Shown here: piece after piece, positions 14,244 through 25,163 of the stretch
Layout of the letters: each line of letters opens with the position of its first letter
Numbering within the stretch: the stretch's first letter is position 1
NCBI RefSeq assembly: GCF_001194135.2
Contig: NC_068985.1
Location: 55,145,019-55,209,018, forward strand
DNA: 64,000 nucleotides
Direction: 5' to 3'
Origin: Octopus bimaculoides
Lineage: Eukaryota
Notes under the pieces: model-generated
Told to the model about the DNA's origin: nothing
Seen by the model: the letters and a program-made list of their open reading frames with translations, nothing else
Databases searched by the model: none
Translations under genes and position numbers: made by a program

Positions 14244-14821
14244 ATAGGAAAATGAAAAAAAAGGCAGAATGCTAAACTGGAAGCATATTTTAATAAAGAT
14301 TTCTAACCGGTTTTCATGCGAAAGCAAATTATCAAGAAGAAGTAGAATGAAAATGTTTTTTACAAAGAAGTACAAAATGAAGAAAATAATATATAAAAAA
14401 ATAAATATACGCATACATTATATTGTCTTTGAGCTTTTGAGTTCATAACTCCAACTAAAAACATTTGTCTCCCCTTACACACACTTCCTGTTTTGACACC
14501 ACATTTCCTGCTTAACACAAACTTTTAACCCTTTTTTTAAACCTAACAAAACTCTCAACTCTCATGCATCCTTATTTTTCCTACCATTATATACATGAAC
14601 TACTATTGAACTTCAAAAGCTCAAAGACAATATAATGTATGTGTATATTTATTTTTTTATATATTATTTTTTTATATATTATTTTCTTCATTTTGTACTT
14701 CTTTGTAAAAAACATTTTCATTCTCTTTCTTGATAATTTGCTTTCGCAATGAAAACCGGTTAGAAATCTTTATTAAAATATGCTTCCAGTTTAGCATTCT
14801 GCCTTTTTTTCATTTTCCTAT
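14244..14821. mobile_element. Second foldback element, about 205-bp arms with a 160-bp spacer
   Basis: Arms 14244-14445 and 14607-14821 are near-perfect inverted repeats, each with a hammerhead-like motif reading outward. Confidence 0.85.
14726..14766 (+). ncRNA. Type I hammerhead-like motif with U3-A8 core (UUGAUAA)
   Basis: TTTC-TTGATAA-T-TTGC/GCAA-T-GAAA-ACCGGT-T-A-GAAA, with palindromic stem III AACCGGTT. Mirror copy at 14301-14338 on the minus strand. Confidence 0.6.
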
Positions 14822-14905
14822 GTATCTCCAAAAAGTTGACTTTTAGTGAGTGAGAGGGAGAGAGAGACGGAGAGAGAAGGAGAGAGAGATTCTCAGTCCA
14901 ACTGT

Positions 14906-14946
<41 letters not shown>

Positions 14947-15397
14947 TGTATAAATATACAAACATATTCTTTTATGATTAAGTGATAAAGTTGACTGCAT
15001 TCATGATGACTCTTGTCCAGACTGGTATTGTGTTATACAATGTATAACAAAAAGCATATCACTTACAAAGTTAATAATTTAAGATGGAGATAGTTGACCG
15101 TTGTTGATATTGTTTAACCCAGGCTGGCCTGATCCAGCAGGCTTTAATCAAAGACATTTCAGCTGTGAGATCATCAAACCTTTTATTCACACATGGTTTA
15201 TTTAGGAGTACATTATCCAATGTATAATTTTTTTTTAAGAGGATATGATTTGTGAGCAATTTTACTGTTATTTATAGCAAGTTGAGGGACTGTATACAAG
15301 CTCTCTCATTCGTTTTTACATAAGTTGTGGAATGATGTAATATCCAGAAACAAGAAATATAAAACCTGGAGAGTGGGGTTACAAATATAGGGGATTT

Positions 15398-16123
15398 GGA
15401 TCTTGTTCAAAACAGGGGCACCAGTATTTTCTTAACGAAACACTTTGAAACTTGAGACACTGGTAGAATATGTCATATAAAACATCTTCTTCTCTTAGTC
15501 TTCTTAACAAAAAAACGTACATCGCAAGTTATTTCATGTTAAAGTTGTCGTATTTCTGTAATTTCAACCAATGACTGACGTCCATTCAACCGTAAAAATT
15601 AAGTGCTGACTACGTAAACAAACGATTCTCACGGTGATAAAATTATTATTTCCTTGTCAAAAAATGGCTGAAGCATATTGGCAGTAGCTAATAAACCTTT
15701 CTANNNNNNNNNNNNNNNNNNNNNNNNNNNNNNNNNNNNNNNNNNNNNNNNNNNNNNNNNNNNNNNNNNNNNNNNNNNNNNNNNNNNNNNNNNNNNNNNN
15801 NNNNNNNNNNNNNNNNNNNNNNNNNNNNNNNNNNNNNNNNNNNNNNNNNNNNNNNNNNNNATGTCAGAAGTAATGGAGATTAAATACGCTTTACACCGCT
15901 TAAAGTGCCAAAGGAGTAAATGTAAACAGCTGAATACTTGTCAGTGATTGGTTGAAATTATCGAAATAAGACAATTTTTTACATGAAATAAATTCGAATA
16001 CAAAATTTTTTTCTGTTCTATAACACAAAATAGATAAGTATACGAAGTTTGAAAGTCTTTCGGTACCAAAAACACTACATAAAACATAAATGAAAACTGG
16101 TGCCCCCGTTTTGAACAAGATCC
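15398..16123. mobile_element. Non-autonomous TIR DNA transposon with an 8-bp TSD (Merlin-like signature)
   Basis: TIR GGATCTTGTTCAAAAC(A/G)GGGGCACCAGT, 27/28 match; TSD GGGGATTT at 15390-15397 and 16124-16131; subterminal inverted repeats; internal gap. Confidence 0.85.
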
Positions 16124-16235
16124 GGGGATTTTAACAAGCATAGGGAATTTTAACAGGTATAGGGATTTTAACAAGTATAAGGGATTTGGACAAGTATAGG
16201 GGTTTCAACAAGAATGGGGGTTCTAGCAAGAAACA
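16124..16235. repeat. 18-19-bp minisatellite (gggattttaacaagtata)
   Basis: Five to six degenerate tandem units directly after the TIR element. Confidence 0.75.
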
Positions 16236-17440
16236 TAAGGTAAGCAATGTGGATTTTATCAAGGAATATAGGTTAAGTACAGAGAGTTTTAAGCAAAATA
16301 TCATTAAAAACAAACTTTCCTTTTGTACAGAAACAGTTCAAGGTGAAAACTAATCTGAAAGAGATAGTGGTAAAGAAAGAGAGACACAGAAAGATGTAGA
16401 AGGGAGAGGGGGTAGTATTTAGCCTTGAACTTAGACAGAGAAGACATAATGGTAGAGGAAAGCAAAATTAGTGAAGAGATAATTAGGTTGAAGCAATCTC
16501 TAATTGTCAGGAGTAATGAATGACATTCACATTGGTAATCAACAGTGAGGGAAATGTCAGAGTAACAACAACAAGCAATGTTGATGGTTATTTACAGTAT
16601 AATAATAATAATAATAATAATAATGATAATAATAATCATCATCATCCTTTCAACGATAGGGACAAGGCCTGAAATTTTTGGGGGTGGGGGTATAGGTTGA
16701 TTACATTGACCCCAGTACTTAGCTGGTACTTTTCATCCTTCCATGGTTGACAAAATGAAGTACCAGTCTAGTATGCGGTGGGAATCAATGGTATTGCTGT
16801 TTGGTGGATTGAGCAAATTTATGATCAAATCTGTTCCAGCCATGACCCTCCAGTATTTTGTGTATTGAGGACAACATTGTCCAGTGTGTTTCATCTTATA
16901 GTAGAAAGGATTATTAGTACTTCCACTAAGGCAGTGAGTGACCTGGCAGAATCGTTAGCACGCTGGACAAAAGGTTTAGCAGCATTTCATCTGTCTTTAC
17001 ATTCTGAGTTCAAATTCCACTGAGGTCATCTTTGCTTTTCATCCTTTTGGGGTCGATAAATTATGAACCAGTGAAACACTGAGATTGATGTAATCGACTA
17101 ATTCCTTCCCCCAAAATTTCAGGCCTTGTGCCTTTAGTAGAAAGGATTATTATTATTATTATTATTATCATTATCATTACATTAGCATTAAAAAACTTAA
17201 TTTCTGGAAACTGGATTCACTTGTGTTACATTCTTGGCAGGGAAATCTTATTAATTCTAGTAGACTGTCTCTAATTACTAGGGTTAAAACTATTCTCTCT
17301 ACAAGAATGTGGACAAGACATTAAGAGAGAGAGAGAGAGAGAGCACTATCAGCTATCAATCATAAAAAAGGCTATCATTTAAAACTGAAAAACATTTTAG
17401 ACTGTGATAAAGTGTAAGTAATATAATCCTGTTAAAACAG

Positions 17441-17590
17441 GCCAATAAGAGGAAGGAATCTAAATTACAAAGCAAAGAAGATGACATTGACAATGATGAT
17501 GAGAATGATAGCAATGATGATGATGATGACTTACTGTGTGATGAAGACAACAGAATGCAAATTAAAATAAAAAGAATGAAAGGGATACAG
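17441..17590 (+). CDS. Candidate exon, acidic/basic low-complexity peptide (host gene uncertain)
   Basis: aaacag| acceptor and cag|gtgatg donor; 150 nt, phase 0-0, ANKRKESKLQSKEDDIDNDDENDSNDDDDDLLCDEDNRMQIKIKRMKGIQ. No recognisable homology, and partly (GAT)n-like. Confidence 0.3.
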
Positions 17591-18312
17591 GTGATGACAA
17601 ATGTATTTTTGAATACTTGTAAAAAGTAAAACAAACAATCAAAAAAAGCAAACAAACAAAAAACTTCAGAACAGATTAGAATAAATTGTTGTTTATCAAT
17701 ACGAATTGAGTTGCAGATATTAATTAGTAATTAATCCTCTTTTACTATGATGATATAACCAACAGCTTATTTTTATAGTCCATTTAACTTAACTTCACAA
17801 CAAGTACACACCTTGAAATCAGTCCAATAACAAATTGTTCTCATAAAAGTAATCAGAATTTTAGATTGGTAGTGGTTGGTTGGCTGTTTGGTTGATTGAT
17901 TATCAGAAAATTGATTCAAGTGAGGATGAGGAATTCTGAGATTGCTAACTCATACCATGAAGGTGTCTCCGACACACCTTCAAGTATCTTCAAAGTACAA
18001 AGTGCAAAATGCATATTTGGAGGTACAAAAAAAATAGTTTCTTACTGAGATTAGATTCTAAAATTAAGCAAGTTCTGAAATATTATAAATGAAAAATAAC
18101 TTCAAAAATGTAATTTAAGATATTTTAATGACCTCTAATTAATTAGAGATGTAAGCATGGCTGTGTAGTTAAAGAGCTTGTTTCCTAACCATGTGGTCTC
18201 AGGTTCAGTTACACTGTACAACACCATGGGCAAGTATCTTCTACTTTAGTTCCAGGCCAACCAAAAGCTTGTGAGTGGATCGGGTAGACTGAAACTGAAA
18301 TCTGTGTGTTAT

Positions 18313-18367
<55 letters not shown>

Positions 18368-21089
18368 CCACCCTTGTATTGACATCATGTGATGACTGTA
18401 AATGATCATCACCATCATACAAGCAAAATTGTTCATTTCCAGTCTTCCGGGAGAAATATTATCTTACTTGGAAACAGGTGAGGGTTGGCAACAGAAAGGA
18501 CATTCAGTCACAGAAAATTTGCCTCAACAAATTCTGTCAGACCTGTACAAGCATGGAAAAGTGAACATTAAACAGTGATGACGATCTTGTAAAATGTAAA
18601 GAAATTGTATTAATCACTTGTAATTTTGATAAGGATGGATTACAGTCCTAGGTGGTGTTGATATAAATGATATTTGAGCTGCCAGAAGAAAAACTTCAAC
18701 AGAAAAAAAAAAAAAAATACAGAAGTGATTGATATTTCAGAAAGAAAAGATGAAGTTGTGGGTAAAAGAAAAGTGAAAGAAATTGTTATATTATAACAAG
18801 TACTAACAAAAACCTGAGTAGAATACTTCTATACTACATACAGGTTTCAAATTTTGGCACAAGGCCAGCAATTTTGAAGGAGGGGTAAGTTGATTACATC
18901 AGTTCCTGTGCACAATTGGTACTCATTTTATCCACCCCGAAAGGATGAAAGGCAAATTTGAACTCAGAATGTAAAGACAGAGGAAATGCTGTTAGGCATT
19001 TTTGCCTGGCATACTAACAATTCTGCTAGCTTGCCACCTACTTCCAATACTATATATTCTTTTCTAATCTAGGCACAAGGTCCAAAATTTTTGGTGAGAG
19101 GCCAGTCGATTAGATTGACCTCAGTATGCAGCTGGTACTTAATTTATCGACTCCCAAGAGGATGAAAGGCAAAGTCAACCTCGGCAGAATTTGAACTCAG
19201 AATGTAATGACAGAGGAAACGCTGTTTAAGCATTTTGCCCAGCGTGCTAACAATACTGCTAGTTTGCCGCCTACTTCCTTTTACTTTATATTGTAATTTT
19301 AAAGTTTGCCTAATTCATATAAAATGCTCAAAATATGCTCCTTCAACTTTCAAGCATATTTGCAATATTTTGGGTTCCGGGACTGGGAAATATCGAGACG
19401 TATATCAGCAGTCAAGATGGCATAGCTGCAGCTGGAACATGTTTGATAACATGTTTATTTGATACAGCTGACCAGGACTAAACAACAACATTACACTACC
19501 AAACAAATACACTACAACAAACCAATGAAGGAGCCTCTATGTGGTCACTCAACCTGCTAGAAATAGAAGCCAATATCTCTTTCTTCCTCCCTCCATCTGT
19601 CTGTCTGAAGACGGACACTTTAGATAATGCAGTCCTAGATACTATGTCTCAATCAAAACAAATTTAATTATGACAATTCAATTCCACTTGGTAGTTATTT
19701 CATGACTTGTGACAGAGCCTGTGTATGTATATGAAAGAGAGAGAGGGAGGAGGAGGAGGAGGAGTGGGGGAGTTTTTGTTAAAGTATATGCTGATATTCT
19801 TGGACAAAAGCTTACTCCACCCTCAGCTACTTCAATCATAACAAAACAGCATGAGTCATTTGATGCTCCCTTTGACACATGCAGAGAGGCCTTATTAACC
19901 CTTGGATTCTATATGAGAGGTTGAAAGTTTATTTTTGTAAGTGGAGATTGATGGCTGCTGGGATGAAGAGAATAAGGCTGTTAGGTCAGAACTGGCATTA
20001 ACTTTTGTCACACCGAGTTCTAAATTGCATGCAAAGTAGGAGGAACAATGCTAAGGGAATTGGCTGATATTGGTAAACAGCAGCAAATGTCAACAGTGTG
20101 GAATTATATCAGTGGTAAGGATGGGAAGTTGGGCAATGCAAGTAAAACTGTAAAAACAAAATATATCAGTAAAACAGTTGTACTCTAACATTTACACATT
20201 TACAAAACATACCACGCAGAGCAATTAAGGATACCAGAAACATTAAACAATTATTAGATTACTTTAAAACCCAAACAGGTGTGTGTATGTGCATGCAGGC
20301 ATGTGTATGAGTATATTTAGACACAAAATTCTGAGGTTCTTTTAGTCATGTCAAGGAAGTGATCACTCTAGTGGTGGTATTATGAACAACGCACCCAGTA
20401 CATTGTGCAAAGTCTGAGGTTGTGTATCTTTCTCTCACTTCCTCCTCACTCTCTATATACGATATAAAATATCACTAAATAAACCAATCAACCAGTCAAT
20501 GAACATATCAGCTGTTATTATTATAGAGAAACGTACATACAATTCCATCTTTATATTCTAAAATGACTGGAAAAAGGAAAGGAATTTCTACATATTTGAA
20601 TTAGCAGAACTAGTCAACACATTAGACTTCAAGAGTTAAACATATTTTACATATACCTCAGATCTTATCATACATTTCTCCATTAAATAAATGTGAATTA
20701 ATTTACCAACTAGGAAAGCTAATTTGTTTTCCTAGTTGCTGTTTTCAAAGTACAGTACTACTACTACTACTACTCTGATGCCACTATTGTCAACATCAGT
20801 AGCAGCATTGATGAGGATAATAATAATAATCCTTTCTACTAAAGGCACCAAGCCTGTGGGAGAGACCAGTTGATTATATCAAGCCCAGTGTTTCACTGGT
20901 ACTTAATTTATTGACCCTGGAAGGATGAAGGCTAAAGTCAACCTTGACGGAATTTGAACTCAGAATGTAAAGACAGATGAAATACTGCTAAGCATTTTAC
21001 TTGGAATGCTGATGATTCTGCCAGCTTGCCACTTAGCAACAACAGTAAAAAAAAAAGGACTGATGAGAAAAAGTTCACCAATACAACTG

Positions 21090-21990
21090 TAAAGAGAAAG
21101 TCCAACGTGGAAAGTGTCTAACAAACATCAAATGTAGCTGATAAAGAATCCTGGAGATGGTTAAGTCATGGATTTTCAAAAAAGACAGAAGACTTGACCA
21201 TGCTGTGCAAGAACAAGTTTACAAACTAATGCATTTAAGTACAGTATTGACAAGACATCAGAAATAATACTGTGTAGAAACATCTGAAACAATTTGACAT
21301 GTAGTTAGTGGGTGTTCAAAACTGGCTTGGAGGGAGTACAAAAGAACGCCATGAAAAAGGGAGTACATGGGAAGACATGCAGGATGTGTACGCAAGAGTG
21401 TACGAGGGGACGTTGAAGAGTTCCTGAGTAAAAGAAAATACATAAGGATCAGTTAATTATGATCTTATTCAACATATTTCACTCTCAGATTCACATACTT
21501 ATTGCAATGGTCCTTCAGTTTTTCTAAGTCTTGTAAAAATTCTCAGAAGGTTGGGCTTCCAACCAGGCCTTTCACAATATCTTAAAGCCAGGAACTTTTC
21601 AGTGTCCCCTTGTACTAACAAGTGGCACAAACACCAATCACTGTGAGTCACAAACAATGATCAAATGAAACCCAACTGGAATATGACTATCTACATGCAT
21701 ATGAAGCTGCAACATAATTGACCAGAAATGAGACTAAAGAATGGATCCTCATTGACATAACAGTATCTGCAGATCAGAACATTGTGAAGACATAGAATGA
21801 AGAAGTCAAAAGGTATCAAGACATGGCATTTGAAATGGAGCATATTCATCAAGAATCAAGTGTGAGTGTGATACCCATTGTAATGTGTGCACTCAGAACC
21901 CTCTCAAAGGAAACAAAAGTAAGTTGTATCAGGTATCATTGGAAACACATAGTTGGTGGCCATGTTTGGAACAGTATATGTGTTACATGT
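21090..21990 (+). mobile_element. R4/Dong-like non-LTR retrotransposon remnant (zinc knuckle plus REL endonuclease)
   Basis: Frame-shifted motifs: ESWRWLSHG, QEQVLQTNAFKYSIDK, HVVSGCSKLAWREYK, NKWHKH, ILIDITVSADQNIVK, RYQDMAFEM, VIPIVMCALRTL. Interrupted by a MITE. Confidence 0.8.
21403..21612. mobile_element. Mariner-type MITE nested in the R4/Dong remnant
   Basis: 24-bp TIRs (CGAGGGGACGTTGAAGAGTTCCTG, 20/24 match); TA target duplication at 21401-21402 and 21613-21614. Confidence 0.88.
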
Positions 21991-22947
21991 CTAAGCTGGG
22001 TAAGTGTTGCAGCTCTAAGCTGCAAGAAGGAGCTGAGACACAGACAACCCAGAACAACAACAAAACTAAAATGAAATGTCATTATAATAATTTTACATCT
22101 GCTTTTTTTTTTTTGCGATAACAGTTTGTCATATATATATGTTCTTTTTTGTAAAACTTGTTTCAGTCATTTGACTGCAGCCATGCAAGAGCATTACTTT
22201 GAAAGGTTTTAATTGAACAAACTGACACCAGGACTTATTTCTTAAGCCTAGTACTTATTCTATTGATCTCTTTAGCCAAACCACTAAGTTACAGGGATGC
22301 AAACACCAACACTGGTTGTCAAGAGGTGATGGGGGGGGGGGGACAGACACAGCGACACGCACACACACACACATAGATATATACATATATATATATATGA
22401 TGGCCTTCTTTCAGTTTCTGTCTACCAAATCCACTCACAAGGCTTTGATTGGCCCAAGGTTATAGTAGAAGACACTTGCCTAAGATGCCATACAGTGGGA
22501 CTTAAACCAGAACCATGTGGTAGGGAAGCAAGGTTCTTACCACTTAGCCACACCTGTGCCTATGCACACACACACACCCACATGCTTATGAATATAAATG
22601 AATATGCACAAACACAGACATACATAGGCATATATGCACATGTGCATAAATATGCAGCCATCTACGTCCTTCACATTAGTTTTATGTTCATGTTCCCATA
22701 TTTACATGAAGTATACAGGTCTTTAAATTAGTGAAATCCCACATAAATCAACTGTGTACTCACTGCAAATGCTAATTGTTCACTAACAAACTGGAAGTGG
22801 CATTTATTTTCAGTTAGTATGAACTGACTTTAGCCAACTGATGATAAGATCATCAGATTAATGGTATAAAGTATATAAGACTGAGTGCTTTTAGAAATTC
22901 TGCTATGAAGCCTTTGTATTTCCTTTGACAGTGCATTGAGAAATTAA

Positions 22948-23167
22948 TCCTTTAGCATTTAAACCGGCCATATCCAACCTAAATATTCTGCCAGTTTTAT
23001 GTTCAAACTGACCAGATTCAGCCAATCACACCTACCCTACAATATCATTCTAAAAATAAACAGTCACATTATTGAAATCTCAAAGCTGTGAGATAATGCT
23101 TGATTAATTCAAAACAATGTGAATAAAGAAGTATTACATTTGACAGAGTAATCTGAATGCTAAAGGG
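22948..23167 (+). mobile_element. piggyBac-type MITE
   Basis: TTAA|(c)cctttagcat...atgctaaaggg|TTAT. Family copies at 33276-33451 (reverse, internally deleted) and 36475-36694. Confidence 0.8.
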
Positions 23168-23276
23168 TTATGGCAATCAGGATTAAAGACTACAGGCTGC
23201 ACTGTAAACATTTGGTTTTAAAACAATTACTGGTGAACTTACAACACAGAATAATTATTAATATTTTGGTGTCTCA

Positions 23277-23491
23277 GAAGGTGGCAAGGTGGCAGAATCG
23301 TTAGCATGCCAAGCAAAATGCTTAGCGGCATTTCGTCCTTCTTTACATTCTGAGTTCAAATTCTCCCGAGGTTGACATTGTCTTTCATCATTCCAGGGCT
23401 GATAAAGTAAGTACCAGCTGAGTACTGGGGTCAATGTAATCGACTTACCCACTTCTCCGAAATTGCCGGCCTTGTGCCAAAATCTGAAGCC
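23277..23491 (+). mobile_element. MetaSINE/Sauria-domain-like SINE with a 17-bp TSD
   Basis: Head ggcagaatcgttagc...gagttcaaatt and central gtcgactttgcctttcatcctttcggggtcgataaa-like domain; TSD AATATTTTGGTGTCTCA at 23260-23276 and 23492-23508. Many other copies, e.g. 13130-13870 (three), 16929-17170, 18850-19270 (-), 20830-21040 (-) and 25790-26400 (-). Confidence 0.8.
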
Positions 23492-25112
23492 AATATTTTG
23501 GTGTCTCAAGAATAATTTTTTCCGTGAAGCAATGAACTTTTAAAAACATTAGCAGAGGTGAAGGCATGTATACACATCTGCGTGCATGTGACAACATTAT
23601 GCTTAATTATCACCAATATTGAATCGTTGGCATTATAACAAATTTGCAACACTAACAATTAGGTAAAATGTATATGAAAAGATAATGTTATGGTATAAAG
23701 TTTCATTAACACAATTTCCCCACCCACAATCATGACCAACACTATCACTACTACTATTACTGCTGCTGCAACTAATTAAAATTAGAAAACAAGTGCAGCA
23801 AATTTAGAATTTCGTTATACATTTCAATTTGACATGATACAATATCTCAAGGGCCCCGTCACCAATTTGTTACTTATACCAACATCATCACCACTACCAC
23901 CTCCACCAGTGTCATATCCACCACCACAACTAAAACCACTGCCATCAAAAGTATTAGCATCACATCTACCACTACACCACCATCACAACCCCCATTATAA
24001 CACCCACCTGCACACCACCATCACCATCATCAAACCATCATCATCACACCCACCCTCACCACCACCATTTCTTATTACATAACAGTCCAGTTATTTTTGC
24101 ACAGTTCTTAAACTGAACTATTTAGCTTCAAAGTTGTATTTTTCTGTGTTTTGTTACGTTTTTGTAAATAGCTTGACATGGTTTTTACATTTCCATTTCA
24201 CATAAAAGAAACAAAGAGAGAGAGGGGGGAAAGAGAGAGTTTTGAGGCAGGTATAAGGAAAAAGAAAGTATAGAAATTAGTTGACAAGAAATTAACAAAT
24301 GCTGAAACTCTTTAATTATCTGCACAGCTGTCTTATTCTATATTATCATTTAGGTCTAGATTCAGAACTAAACATTTAGTTAAACTAAAAGACAAACATA
24401 ATAAATACTTTGGTAATTTTCTTCATTAATCTCCTGAACAAAAAAAAAAAATCAAAAAATAGTGTTCCAACCTGTCCGACATTCTTTATCAAGTCTCTTA
24501 CTGTCTCGTTTATCATTTACAGAAAAGAAAGAAAGAAAAAAAGAGATCAGTAAAAGAAACAAAAAAACAAGTTAATTTAATGCAAATGACAGTAAAAGAT
24601 CTAATTCACTGCCCAACACACACACACACACACANNNNNNNNNNNNNNNNNNNNNNNNNNNNNNNNNNNNNNNNNNNNNNNNNNNNNNNNNNNNNNNNNN
24701 NNNNNNNNNNNNNNNNNNNNNNNNNNNNNNNNNNNNNNNNNNNNNNNNNNNNNNNNNNNNNNNNNNNNNNNNNNNNNNNNNNNNNNNNNNNNNNNNNNNN
24801 NNNNNNNNNNNNNNNNNNACATCTAAAGCTTTCAATGCCACCATCAACATCACAGTTTTAACATCCACTTTTCCACACTGAAACCATGGTGTTGTGGAGT
24901 GAGCTTCTTAGCCATACATCCATGCCTGTGCCTCTAATATTCCTTAATATTAAACATTAAAATATTCAATATTTTTTACAGAGATGTACTTGCATAGCAA
25001 GTGACCTGATCTGAGATCGTGTTCTGGAATGAAAACAATTGCAGCGTGGAAGGTGTTTATAAGCCATTTAAAATAACACACAAAAACCGTTAGATTCACT
25101 TCAACATTTAAA

Positions 25113-25163
25113 TTTGTCAAAATATTTTCGTCGCTTTGAGACCGCGACCTGTTCACTAACAAA
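25113..25163 (-). ncRNA. Type I hammerhead motif with swapped G3-C8 core (GUGAACA)
   Basis: Minus strand TTTGTTA-GTGAACA-G-GTCGC-ggtctcaaa-GCGAC-GAAA-ATATT-T-TGACAAA: 7-bp stem I (one G-U), 5-bp stem II and palindromic stem III AATATT. Confidence 0.7.

Noticed and set aside
16420-16520. EESKISEEIIRLKQSL resembling CCDC191 EEEEIQREMVKLRREI
   Set aside because: An in-frame stop lies just upstream, there is no proper acceptor, and coiled-coil similarity is easily found by chance.
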